Below, piece by piece: positions 47,075-56,996 of a DNA stretch of 64,000 nt. Positions within the stretch are counted from its first letter, which is position 1, and each line of letters begins with the position of its first letter. The stretch spans positions 1,088,001 through 1,152,000 of the forward strand of contig CAWFQB010000001.1 in assembly GCA_963817895.1 (NCBI GenBank), written 5' to 3'. The position numbers and the translations under genes were made by a program. The notes under the pieces were generated by a model that did no database searches, had not been told where the DNA came from, and saw only the letters and a list, made by a program, of their open reading frames with translations. The DNA is from an uncultured Chthonomonadaceae bacterium. Lineage in GTDB: Bacteria > Armatimonadota > Chthonomonadetes > Chthonomonadales > Chthonomonadaceae.

Positions 47075-49633
47075 TTACGCGAAGGTATTCAGCGGCACGT
47101 AATCTTTGATGTATTCGGGAATTCGGGTACGCCATTCCAGCGGCACGGCGCGGAAGTCCGCCATGCTGAAGGCGGGGTTTGTGTTCAGATCGGCAATGCG
47201 GCGGCTGTCCAGTGTTTGCTGTAGGCGCTTATCCGTGACATACGCCTTGAAGAAATAGCGCATGGCGGCAACCGCGTCCGCTTCCTGTATCGGGTTGGTC
47301 AGCAGAAACTTTTCGAATTCCTCGTCCAGCAGCTCCTCTTTGGTTTTGAAGCGCATGATACGCCCGAACGCTTTTTCCAGAATCTCGCGCAACCCCAATC
47401 GCCGATCCACGCCCGCCGCGCGGCGCAGTTTGTCCAGCGTGAAAAACTCTTCCGGCCTGTCCAGCAGGTTGTCGGTGACATACTGTACCGCCTGTTCCCA
47501 CCGTTCATCGGCGACAATCGCCTGTAACCCGGCATCTTCGGTCACGGTCGTCTCGAACTTTTGGAACAGCATCCGGTCAACCCTCATGCCCTCCAGCCCG
47601 ATGCGCTGCTCGCCAAGCCGCGTCAACTCGTCGGGCGCGACGTTCTCATAAAAGCCGCCCGTTGTAACCACGCGACCCGTTTCCCGTTCCCTCGGCTCGC
47701 CATCGCCCACTGGGGGCAGTTTCAGAACCTCATCGTAATCGAACTTTGCCTCGAAATACTCGCATACGGCAAAGAAGTCGAACAGCTTGTAGCGCGTTTT
47801 CTCCACAAGCGGGGAGTCCGTTAGTTCCACCTTCAGTTCGGCGTCATGCAGTTGTTTCAGGAAATTGTGCCGCCGCGTTCCGCGCCCCTTGATCTGTACG
47901 AACTCGGACGGCGAGTAGACGGGGCGCATCAGGGCAAGATTGAGAATGTCGGGGCAGTCGTAGCCCGTCGTCATCATGCCGACCGTGACGCAAATTCGCG
48001 CCTTGCTGGTTTTATACGCTTCGAGAAAATTACCTGCGCCCATTAGTTTGTTGTCGGTGAAGTTGAGGGTATACTGCTGCGCCCCGGCGATTTGCGATGT
48101 GACCTGTACGGCAAAATCCGATTGATACTTGCCGGGAAACATCCGGTCGGCGATCTCATTGAGCATCTGCGCCAGTTTCGCCGCGTGGTTCTGGCTGACG
48201 GCAAACACCAGCGTCTTGCCGATTTCATCGCTGATGGGATCGCGCAGGGCGTTTTGCAGCAGGGTTTCGCAAAACAGGCGATTGGTAGGCTCGGAAAAGA
48301 ATGTCCGCTCGAAGTCTTTGGTCACGAACCGCTGCTCGCTTTTTTCCGGCCCGTTGTTTTCGGCGTCCGCTTCGGCCTCTTTCGCTATTGCTGCCACAAA
48401 CCCTTTTTCCGACAATATTCGCGTGGTGATGTTCGTGCGCGCGTCCACGACAACCGGGTTAATCAGATATTCGTCGCGGACGCCATCCAGCAGCGAGTAC
48501 CGGAACGTCGGCTCGCCCAAATCGCAGCCGAACGTTTTGTACGTATCCAGCAGATGCCGCCGCTCCGTTTCGCGCGCGTCCCCGTTCGCCCCTGCCTCGA
48601 AACGGCGCAGGTAGTCTTTCGGCGTTGCGGTCAATCCCAGTTTCGCGCCAACAAAATATTCAAACCCGGCCCGTGCGTTGCCGCTGATGGAACGGTGGGC
48701 TTCGTCCGAAATGACAAGATCGAAATCCGTCGGCGCGAACAGCGTTTTGTATTTGTTGTTGAACAGCAGGGATTGTACCGTCGTTACAACAATCTCCGCC
48801 TTGCGCCAGTCGTCGCGCTGCTGCTTGTAAATCACAGACTGGTAATCGTTTTTCAGCAGTTCTCCAAACGCTTTCTGCGCCTGGTCTTCCAGTTCCAGCC
48901 GGTCTACGAGGAACAGGGCGCGTTTGGCGTTGCCGGTGCGCAGAAACAGTTTCAGAATGGCGGCGGAAGTGAGCGTTTTGCCTGTACCCGTCGCCATTTC
49001 CAGCAGAAACCGATCCCTGCCGTCTTTCGCCGCCTGCTGTAGAGCAAACAGCGCGTTCAGTTGATAGGGGCGCAAAAACCGCAGCCGGTTCTTTTCCACA
49101 AAGGCCGCGCGCTCGTCCGGGTTTTTCCAGCCCGCGTCTTCCTCATAACCGGGCATCTGCGTCCGGGCAATATAGTCGTCGGCAATCGCTTCGACTGCCA
49201 GTTTCGCCATATCCGGCTCAAACGCGGTTCGGGCTTGCAGGGCATTGGGAGTGGGAAACGCGGCAATGATATGCGGATTGCCCTGCATCAAATCCCAAAA
49301 ATAGTGGAGGTTGCCGTTGGACAGCAGCACGAAGCGGCAGTTCAGCGATTTCGCGTACTTACGCGCCTGTTCTTTGCCGACAAGCGGGTTTTTGTCTTCC
49401 GCTTTGGCTTCCAGCACAATAAACGGAAAGCCTTTCGCGTCCAGCAGGAGAAAATCCACGAACCCGTTTGTGGACGTGTCGAAGTTGTCGCCCATGCTGT
49501 CCACTCTGCCGGGCGTCAGTTTCACGTTTGGTTCCAGCGTGATGTTGGCCTTGCCGTCCGGCTCGTCGAAGAAGCGCCAACCCGCCTGTTCCAGCAGTTT
49601 ATTGATTTTGATACGCGCTTTCGCTTCTTTCAC
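47075..49633 (-). CDS. hsdR: Type I restriction endonuclease subunit R
   Basis: VDFLL...VLEAK nuclease motif, LRPYQ, MATGTGKT, DEAHRS, GLTATP, TTGYD, QIKGRGTR; start uncertain (frame open to 49738). Confidence 0.92.
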   Translation of the reverse strand: MKEAKARIKINKLLEQAGWRFFDEPDGKANITLEPNVKLTPGRVDSMGDNFDTSTNGFVDFLLLDAKGFPFIVLEAKAEDKNPLVGKEQARKYAKSLNCRFVLLSNGNLHYFWDLMQGNPHIIAAFPTPNALQARTAFEPDMAKLAVEAIADDYIARTQMPGYEEDAGWKNPDERAAFVEKNRLRFLRPYQLNALFALQQAAKDGRDRFLLEMATGTGKTLTSAAILKLFLRTGNAKRALFLVDRLELEDQAQKAFGELLKNDYQSVIYKQQRDDWRKAEIVVTTVQSLLFNNKYKTLFAPTDFDLVISDEAHRSISGNARAGFEYFVGAKLGLTATPKDYLRRFEAGANGDARETERRHLLDTYKTFGCDLGEPTFRYSLLDGVRDEYLINPVVVDARTNITTRILSEKGFVAAIAKEAEADAENNGPEKSEQRFVTKDFERTFFSEPTNRLFCETLLQNALRDPISDEIGKTLVFAVSQNHAAKLAQMLNEIADRMFPGKYQSDFAVQVTSQIAGAQQYTLNFTDNKLMGAGNFLEAYKTSKARICVTVGMMTTGYDCPDILNLALMRPVYSPSEFVQIKGRGTRRHNFLKQLHDAELKVELTDSPLVEKTRYKLFDFFAVCEYFEAKFDYDEVLKLPPVGDGEPRERETGRVVTTGGFYENVAPDELTRLGEQRIGLEGMRVDRMLFQKFETTVTEDAGLQAIVADERWEQAVQYVTDNLLDRPEEFFTLDKLRRAAGVDRRLGLREILEKAFGRIMRFKTKEELLDEEFEKFLLTNPIQEADAVAAMRYFFKAYVTDKRLQQTLDSRRIADLNTNPAFSMADFRAVPLEWRTRIPEYIKDYVPLNTFA

Positions 49634-49640
49634 TGAATTG

Positions 49641-49686
49641 CCCTCAACCCCCAGCCCCTTCTCCCAAAAAAGCCTGGGAGAAGGGG
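49641..49686. repeat. REP-like palindrome (related copy in opposite orientation at 52631-52679)
   Basis: CCCTCAACCCCC..CCCCTTCTCCC....GGGAGAAGGGG. Confidence 0.7.
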
Positions 49687-49894
49687 AGTCTTCTGGAATA
49701 GACTCTAAACGCTGACACCCGGAAGCGGAAACCAACAACCGCCTCTGTAGGATGAATTCGCCTTGATTGACCTGTTTCCCTGCCCGCCTGCCATTGGCGT
49801 TTATTTGCGTTCATTCGCGGCTGTTTTCCGGTGCGCGGGCAGCAAAAAGCCCGCGCCAACTTTTGAGCAGTTGACGCGGGCCATTGGGCGAATT

Positions 49895-50167
49895 TTACTC
49901 CGGGGCTTGATGGAGTTCGCCGTCAATGATCTCGTCCAGAATATGCTCCGGGGAACTGTCGTCCGTGTCTGTGAGTCTGGCAAGCGCCTGCACGTCCTCA
50001 TCGCTGAGGGTTCCGTCCTGAATGGCGAAAATCTGCGCGGACATGGCGCGTAAATCTTCCAGCCGTATCGTCAGCGACTCCATTTCTTCGCTCAACTCGG
50101 TGATGTGCAGGTCAATCTGACCCGCCAGATGTAAAATCGCTTCCACACGCTGCTGATTCAATGCCAT
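49895..50167 (-). CDS. Small acidic hypothetical protein
   Basis: RBS AAGGAG, start MALNQ. Confidence 0.6.
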   Translation of the reverse strand: MALNQQRVEAILHLAGQIDLHITELSEEMESLTIRLEDLRAMSAQIFAIQDGTLSDEDVQALARLTDTDDSSPEHILDEIIDGELHQAPE

Positions 50168-50263
50168 AGTAGTCTCCTTGTGGTTGGTGGTTGGTGGTTG
50201 GTGACTGGTTGAAAGTCTAACTGCCGCAAAGCGCTTCCATAACGGAAAAACACCAACCACCAG

Positions 50264-51382
50264 TCACCAACCACCAACCACCTCCCCATACGCTTGATCC
50301 TGTCTTGCCGCCATTGCCTGCGCGGTGTAGCGGGTTTCAAAACATTGTTGGGCGGCGCAGCCCCAACGGTTTCCGATTTCGGGGGTGAACGCTTGGGCCA
50401 ACCCTTCGGCAAACGCTTCCGGGTCGGCAATGGGAGCCAGCCAGCCGTTCTCGCCATGCGTCAATACATCCCGAACACCAGGCGCGTCGCAGCCCACAAT
50501 CGGCAGTCCACATGACATGGCTTCCAGCGCGGCGAGGGGCATTCCCTCGAAACGCGACGGCATTGCCAGCGCGTCGGCGGCGGCGAACAGGGGCGCAACA
50601 TCGGCGCAATTGCCTAAAAATCGTATCTGTTCACTGACACCCACGCGCCGCGCCTCGTGTTCCGTGGCATGGCGGGCATCGCCGTCGCCCGCGAATATTG
50701 CCATCACGCGCAGGCCGCGCGCGTTCAGCAGGGCCAGCGCGTGAAGCAGCACATAGGGGTCTTTCTGCTCCACGAGCCGCCCCAGAAACAGCGCGACGCG
50801 CGCATCCGGGGGCAAGTTCAACTGCTTTCGGGCCTGAACGCGCGACACGCGCAAATCTATCGCTTCCACGCCGTTTTCTATCGTAAACGCCCGTTCCGGC
50901 GCGATCAGGTCACACTCTATCAGAGATTGCCGGACGCTTTCCGATACGGCGAACAAACGATCCAGCAGGCCGTTCACGCGCCGCCGCCGCTCCAGTTCGT
51001 GCGCCAGTTTCAAAACGCAGGGAATATGATCGGTCGCCACCACATGCGGCACATGGGCGCACCGGGCGGCAATCGTTCCCCAATCCCCTTCCCACGTCGC
51101 GCCAATGTGGTTGTGGAAAATATCTATACGCCACGCCTGCAATTGCGTTACCAGTTCGGGCAATCGCGCCACGTCCGTATCCCACCGCAGCATGAATCGC
51201 GCCACGCCGGATAGATACGGCGTCAGGCGCGAAACCAGTTCATCCGCGCCTGGATGGTCGGCGCAGATCAGAAACGTTTCGTAACGCTCGGACGGCAGAT
51301 GCTTTGCCAGCATTTCCATTACGCGGCCCACGCCGCTCGGATGCAGACTGTCGGTATAAAGGGCAAGACGGTGTTTGGGCAT
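50264..51382 (-). CDS. GT4 glycosyltransferase
   Basis: GRLVEQK, PSRFEGMPLAALEAM. Confidence 0.9.
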   Translation of the reverse strand: MPKHRLALYTDSLHPSGVGRVMEMLAKHLPSERYETFLICADHPGADELVSRLTPYLSGVARFMLRWDTDVARLPELVTQLQAWRIDIFHNHIGATWEGDWGTIAARCAHVPHVVATDHIPCVLKLAHELERRRRVNGLLDRLFAVSESVRQSLIECDLIAPERAFTIENGVEAIDLRVSRVQARKQLNLPPDARVALFLGRLVEQKDPYVLLHALALLNARGLRVMAIFAGDGDARHATEHEARRVGVSEQIRFLGNCADVAPLFAAADALAMPSRFEGMPLAALEAMSCGLPIVGCDAPGVRDVLTHGENGWLAPIADPEAFAEGLAQAFTPEIGNRWGCAAQQCFETRYTAQAMAARQDQAYGEVVGGW

Positions 51383-51455
51383 AGGTGTCCGGCAGTAGGG
51401 AGTGGGGAGTAGGGAGTAGAAGGAGGCTTGCTCAACGAGAGCATTGCCCTGTTCC

Positions 51456-52571
51456 CTACTCCCTACCACCTACTCCCTTAAACAGCGCTTCCCACTGCGG
51501 CGTGACGGCTTTGGCGCTGTAGGAGGCAACGACATGGGCGTACAAAGATTGTCCCAATCGGGCGCGTTCGTCGGGATTGTCAATGAGAGTGATTATGGCC
51601 TGCGCGACGGCAGGCGGGTTTTCATGGGACACAAATACGCCTGATACGCCCTCTTCAATCTGCTGCGGCGTGCCGCCGTCGCGGGTGGCGATTACGGGCA
51701 AACCTGCCGCGCCCGCTTCGGCAATAACATGCGGCATCCCCTCGCCCTGCGACAGCCACGCGAAAATGTTCAGCCCGGACAGCAGGCGCGGCACGTCGGG
51801 ACGGTCGCCCGTGAAAATCATACGTTCGGCCAATCCCTGTTCCCGCGCCTGTTGCTTCACGCTGTCGGCATACTCCGGGTGAAAGGCATCCGGCCCGCCG
51901 ATAACCACGAAACGCGCTTTGGGACGCTGCTGCGCGACGAGGGCGCAGGCTTCGACAAAATCCTGTACCCGCTTTTTAGGGTCGAGCCGCCCCACCCATC
52001 CAATTACAACCGCATCCGGCGCGATTTGCCATTCCGCCCTGACTTCGGCGCGGTTTTCCGGGTTGAACTCCGACATATCCACCATGCTCGGAATTTCCAG
52101 CGCCCATTCGGGGTCGGGCATGACGGTTGCCGCCGCGTCCCGAATGGTTTTGCACACGCCCACATACGCGCTCGTGTGGTGCTTGGGGTTATGGAACGCT
52201 TCGGATACCAGCCCGCCATGCTCGATCAGGGGCGGAACAAAACCGCCGTCCGCTTTCAGCAAATCATACGCCACATACACAGGCCGAACGCCCTGACACG
52301 CAACCACCACATCAAAATGGTCGTCGCGTATCCGCCGCGCGATATGCGGCCCGTGTTCTTCCGGGCCGGTTCCGTAACAGTAGGTATCTACGGCGACGCC
52401 CAACTCCCGCAACTGAATATGCGTCTGGTCGGGCATGTTGGGACGGCGGTAGGTAGATAAGGCTTCCAGATGGTAACGGCTGCGGTCCAGACACCGCGCC
52501 AGCAGCCGCAGTTCCGTCTCTTCCCCGCCCACCACCAGCCACGCGAACACAAACAGAATTTTCACTTTCAA
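51456..52571 (-). CDS. GT4 glycosyltransferase
   Basis: VGRLDPKK, EGMPHVIAEA. Confidence 0.9.
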   Translation of the reverse strand: MKVKILFVFAWLVVGGEETELRLLARCLDRSRYHLEALSTYRRPNMPDQTHIQLRELGVAVDTYCYGTGPEEHGPHIARRIRDDHFDVVVACQGVRPVYVAYDLLKADGGFVPPLIEHGGLVSEAFHNPKHHTSAYVGVCKTIRDAAATVMPDPEWALEIPSMVDMSEFNPENRAEVRAEWQIAPDAVVIGWVGRLDPKKRVQDFVEACALVAQQRPKARFVVIGGPDAFHPEYADSVKQQAREQGLAERMIFTGDRPDVPRLLSGLNIFAWLSQGEGMPHVIAEAGAAGLPVIATRDGGTPQQIEEGVSGVFVSHENPPAVAQAIITLIDNPDERARLGQSLYAHVVASYSAKAVTPQWEALFKGVGGRE

Positions 52572-52679
52572 TGTCTCTCGTTTTGTACAAAATAGTTGTG
52601 CAAAGCATCCGCGCGTTAATCTGCGCGATTCCCCCTTCTCCCAGGCATTTTTGGGAGAAGGGGGCCAGGGGGTTGAGGG

Positions 52680-53816
52680 CTAACATTCCAACACGACTTG
52701 CAGCACCTGCCCTCCGTCATGCGCCAGCAGTTCAAACGCTTTTTGCGCTTCCGAGAACGGTAGGACATGGGTAATCAGGTGTTCGCGGGCATCATTGCCC
52801 CGTTCCTGCAAAAACGCCAGCGTTGTCAGCGCCAACTTCCGGTGGTTCCACGTTGCCGACAGTTTGCGCGGGACGCGGTAGATTTGGGCGCAGATGTGTT
52901 TCAGGCCGTTGTGGTGGAACTCGCGCCCGAGTTGCAGATGGTTCGCGCCGCCCTGATAAAAGCCAAGATCAATCACGGGGCATTGCGGCTGCAATCCGCG
53001 CAGGCATAAATGCAGCAATTCGTCCGAACCGGAACACTGGAACGCGATGTCCGCGCCCCGGTTGCCCAATCCGTCATGCCAGTGTGTTTTGGCCCACCAG
53101 CCGACATCTATTTCCTGTGTGTTCAGGGCTGTCATGCCGAGCCGGGCAGCGCGTTCCAGTTTCCACGGATTGCGGCCTATGATTGCAACTTCAGCCGCGC
53201 CCGCCCATTGGCACAACATGCCCGTGAACAGGCCGATAACGCCCGTGCCGCCGATTAAGACGCGCTTGCCGCGAACCCCGCACCCGAACGTTTGCGCGTT
53301 TGCGCCAAATTCTTCCTCGTCGGCGTGAAGCAGGCCATTGGCGCAAATCGGCCCCATTTGCGCCACATAGATACCGAGCATCGGATCAAAATCAGCGGGA
53401 AGGGGATAATACAATTCGCTGCGGGCCATGACCGTATGCCCGGTCTTGTGTCCATACGTGACGCTGACCGTCTGCCCCGCTTCCACGCCCCATGCACGCG
53501 ACGCGGCCACCTGCCCGACCTGCATGTATCCGGTAAACGGCAGGGGGTATTGCGTTGTGTCGCCCCAATCGAAGAACACTTTGAGGTCATCGTCCCAACG
53601 CGCGTGAAGGTAGGGGTTAGTTCCGAAGAAGTGGGTCAGTTCGGTTCCCGTAGAAAGTCCGCAGTAGAGGGTGCGTATGCGGAAGGCGTCGGGCGGAAGT
53701 TCGCCCTCGTCGTAGTGAAAAATCGCCGCCTGTTCGGGCGCTTCAAACCCGATATGATCTATGCCGAACGGCCCGTGATAAGCCCGTTCGGAAGCATTGT
53801 CCTGTTCGCGGTTCAT
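52680..53816 (-). CDS. Zinc-binding (MDR) alcohol dehydrogenase-like oxidoreductase
   Basis: GLSTGTEL, YP...GY, GTGVIG Rossmann motif. Confidence 0.8.
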   Translation of the reverse strand: MNREQDNASERAYHGPFGIDHIGFEAPEQAAIFHYDEGELPPDAFRIRTLYCGLSTGTELTHFFGTNPYLHARWDDDLKVFFDWGDTTQYPLPFTGYMQVGQVAASRAWGVEAGQTVSVTYGHKTGHTVMARSELYYPLPADFDPMLGIYVAQMGPICANGLLHADEEEFGANAQTFGCGVRGKRVLIGGTGVIGLFTGMLCQWAGAAEVAIIGRNPWKLERAARLGMTALNTQEIDVGWWAKTHWHDGLGNRGADIAFQCSGSDELLHLCLRGLQPQCPVIDLGFYQGGANHLQLGREFHHNGLKHICAQIYRVPRKLSATWNHRKLALTTLAFLQERGNDAREHLITHVLPFSEAQKAFELLAHDGGQVLQVVLEC

Positions 53817-54021
53817 GTGCCTGTCCTATTTCTGTCAACCGCGTCCTCAATACTTCCGGCGGGTTCAAATATTACATTGGTTTTCCGTTGACGGGGCAAA
53901 CACGGGGGGTTGCCCCTACGCTGAATCGGAGACTTATCCTGTTACGCGCCCCAGCATACTAATTTCTACGTCTAACTTACTACATTGTTCCCATTGTAAA
54001 GTGATAATCGCCCGTCATGCC

Positions 54022-55176
54022 TTAAAATTTTGTTTGCTCGTCCGGCAGAAGCAGGCGCAGTTCGATCTTGTTCGCGCCAAGATAGTTTTGTGTTTTGCGC
54101 GTTCCGGCGGCAGGCTGAATTATCATGGCCTGCCGGGTATGCGTTTGCAACTTGCGCTGATGAATTGTAACCCAGCCGCCCTCATCCACGCCAAGCCCTT
54201 TGTAACCCGGTTGATCCAGGGTTGCCGTCAGCAGGCGCTGCATCCGGTTACGCGCGAAAAAATGCTGATCCACAATGGTTTTTGGCAGCAGGTTCAGTCC
54301 CCGGACGAGCGGACAGCCACCCGCCTGCAAGCCCCGCGTTTCCACGGTCGCGCCCGTCGGCATCTGTTCGCCCATCAGGGACGCGCCCGCGCTGGTTCCG
54401 CCCACAATGCCGCCGCGCCCGAACACCTGCCGTATCGCTTCGGGGACGCCGGATGTTTCCGGGTACGTGGCGATAAAGCGGTTCTGGTCGCCCCCCGGTA
54501 TCCACACGCCCCGCGCTTCCCGCAAGCGTCGGCACAGTTCTCCGGGAGTTAATCCGGTCGGGGCGTCCACCTGCCGCGCGCCGTTGGCCCGAAACAGGGC
54601 AACGGATTCCGGCCCGCCGGTTTGGGGGTCGGCTTCCGTTTGCGGCAGGATCAGGATGGGCGCGTCGGCTCCGCCCGCCGCTTCCACAAAGGCTTTCACC
54701 AGTTCCGGCGCGGTTGTCCCGCCGCCCGCTACCAGAATGGTTCCCGCGCCCGCCTGCAAATGCCCCAATGCGGCGTCACCAGGCAGCGTTGTTTTCTCAT
54801 TGGCGTTTCCTGTTGTGGTTGGAGTTGCCGCCGTTTCCTGCCAGCGCGCCGCAATCAGGGTCGCGCCCGCAGGACGTTGCGCGGCAGAATGGAGGGAGGG
54901 GGTTCGGGTTGCCTGCGCAGGGGGATGGATGAACAGCGCCCGGAATTGCCACGCGCAAATAACCGCCCAGAACAGCGTGACCCAGGGCGGTTTGGCCCAA
55001 CACCGCCACGTTTTTACGCCCTTCAACGCCGCCAGAATGTAAAATACGGTCGCCAACCCCGACAGCGCAAACAGCGCGTACTTCTGGAAGATCAGGACGA
55101 GAAACGCCGCCTTGCAAAACGTAAAGGCGTAGCCCTCGTATTTGCGTCCCTGCTGCTGTGTGTCCCATTCGCTCAT
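54022..55176 (-). CDS. Cyanophycinase-like S51 peptidase with N-terminal membrane segments
   Basis: AGGG, GGDQ, GTSAGA, VDQHFFARNRMQRL, GVDE. Confidence 0.82.
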   Translation of the reverse strand: MSEWDTQQQGRKYEGYAFTFCKAAFLVLIFQKYALFALSGLATVFYILAALKGVKTWRCWAKPPWVTLFWAVICAWQFRALFIHPPAQATRTPSLHSAAQRPAGATLIAARWQETAATPTTTGNANEKTTLPGDAALGHLQAGAGTILVAGGGTTAPELVKAFVEAAGGADAPILILPQTEADPQTGGPESVALFRANGARQVDAPTGLTPGELCRRLREARGVWIPGGDQNRFIATYPETSGVPEAIRQVFGRGGIVGGTSAGASLMGEQMPTGATVETRGLQAGGCPLVRGLNLLPKTIVDQHFFARNRMQRLLTATLDQPGYKGLGVDEGGWVTIHQRKLQTHTRQAMIIQPAAGTRKTQNYLGANKIELRLLLPDEQTKF

Positions 55177-55199
55177 AGTTGTTGCTTTCCACCTGTGTT

Positions 55200-55293
55200 C
55201 AACCGGCATATACCATCTAAATTCTTTGCCGGTTGGAGAGGCCTGCGGCCAACCGTCCTGCGGACGGAGGATTGTCTCATGTTTAAGTGGTTT
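55200..55293. repeat. GNA-hairpin family copy D (one TIR only)
   Basis: CAACCGGCA...TGCCGGTTG, GGCC-TGC-GGCC, CCGTCC-TGC-GGACGG, then CATGTTTAAGTGGTTT as in copy C. Confidence 0.75.
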
Positions 55294-55342
55294 CTCTATC
55301 CGTTACGGGTACAAAATATTCCTCGAATACCTGCATTATTCC

Positions 55343-55834
55343 CTATTCCAGCCCTCCTGCCGGACGCACCAACTGTTCCAGGGGTGTTTCATGTCCCTGT
55401 GCGGCGGCTCGCAGCAACACCGCCTGCTGTGCTTGCGGTGGCTCGAAGGAAGCGCGTGCCAGCGTGTTGAAAGCGGGGAGATCGGCTGTATTGGCACGGG
55501 TAAGGGGTTGCATAGTATGTACAGCCTTCCAACGATTGCGGCTTCCTCGCCATGACGCATATGCTATAGGAAGCAAAGGAAAGGTGCAGGACAGGTAGAT
55601 AAATGCTCCCGCCACCTCCCATCCAGAATCATCCATTTGTACCATGCTACATCTTCGCGAATGGCATAGCACCTGCGCCTGCGCGTCTTTGTAGTATATA
55701 AAAGCGAAGTTTAGCAGAAGAACCGCCGGGAAGAGAATACACAGCACTGAACTACCACTTAAACCCAACGCGAGTATTTTCATGGCAGCATACTCGCCCT
55801 TACTCACAATCTGCTTGCCCGTTTTCGGCTCCAT
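55343..55834 (-). CDS. Hypothetical membrane protein
   Basis: Two hydrophobic segments; RBS GAGG. Confidence 0.6.
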   Translation of the reverse strand: MEPKTGKQIVSKGEYAAMKILALGLSGSSVLCILFPAVLLLNFAFIYYKDAQAQVLCHSRRCSMVQMDDSGWEVAGAFIYLSCTFPLLPIAYASWRGSRNRWKAVHTMQPLTRANTADLPAFNTLARASFEPPQAQQAVLLRAAAQGHETPLEQLVRPAGGLE

Positions 55835-56015
55835 CCCTGCACCTCTCTCCTGCTAAACAGAACAATGCCCGTTACACATACCCAAGGCTTTTACGTTGGT
55901 GAAATTCTCAGTTATGGGTACAAAACTTTTCTCAAATGTCTGCATTATTCCCTTTTCTGCCCAAGAGAGGCGCGTATTAGCAGATGCGGTTCTTTACAGC
56001 CACAGTAGGTCACAA

Positions 56016-56729
56016 TCAAGGAGAGCAGGGAGGAATATGGTAACTCTTTTGCGGAGCAGAATCACATTTGTCATCAAGTGCTGAATCAGTTTTAATAATT
56101 GCAGACTTCAACAGTAACATGACCTCTGTAAGACTATCGTCTTCTGCGAACGTAAAGGCGCTACTTCCGTCCTCATTGACCCAATGTACGTCTGCATTTC
56201 TACTGAGGAGTAATTCAATCACAGCATAGTGATTTGTAATTTTGCCGGTACGCTTGGAGATGCTGCCCGATTCCTTATATTGGTAGATCGCCCACATCAA
56301 TGCCGTCCATCCGCCACCACACACCGAATTGATTTCTGCTCCGGCATCCAGAAGCAGTTCGGATACTTCGACGGAACCGACGACAGCAGCGTTGTGTAAG
56401 GCAGTCATACCTCCTTTCCCCTCGGTACTCGGAGACGAACTGAAATGAGGAGATGCGCCGTAGGCAAGCAACAAACGGACACAATCCACATTTGAATAGA
56501 GTGCCGCTATCATAAGGGGGTTACTTCCCCCACCCTCCGACGCAATATTTACGTTTGCACCCGCTTCCAGAAGCAGGCGAACGACCTCAGTCCGACCAAA
56601 TGAGGCAGCCCATTCCAGAGCCGTTTGGCCAGTCTCATATATATCGTCAATATCCTTCTCTAGGGCAAGAAGGGCTTTTACGGTTGCCAAGTCCCCTTGT
56701 CCTGCTGCACGCACCAGAGCCTTACTCAT
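56016..56729 (-). CDS. Ankyrin-repeat protein
   Basis: GQTALEWAA, GMTALHNAA, GWTALMWA, LLEAGANVN. Confidence 0.9.
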   Translation of the reverse strand: MSKALVRAAGQGDLATVKALLALEKDIDDIYETGQTALEWAASFGRTEVVRLLLEAGANVNIASEGGGSNPLMIAALYSNVDCVRLLLAYGASPHFSSSPSTEGKGGMTALHNAAVVGSVEVSELLLDAGAEINSVCGGGWTALMWAIYQYKESGSISKRTGKITNHYAVIELLLSRNADVHWVNEDGSSAFTFAEDDSLTEVMLLLKSAIIKTDSALDDKCDSAPQKSYHIPPCSP

Positions 56730-56996
56730 TTTTTGACCTCATCCTGCCCCTCCAAAAGCCACTAACAGCGGGGAAGCAAAAACGAACATATTCATCGTCA
56801 AGGTACAGCGTTTCGTACTCCCACTTTGTCATCTGCCGCGCAATTCCTACAAGCATTTCAAAACACTCCATATTGAATACATCTGTGATATTTCCCTCGG
56901 CGCAATCGTGCTGACATGCCCTTCGATCTGTTTTTTAGCTTGTCGCCCTCACTTCTTCTGTGTGGCGCTTCCGTCAGTAGAAGCGGGATTGAGTTT

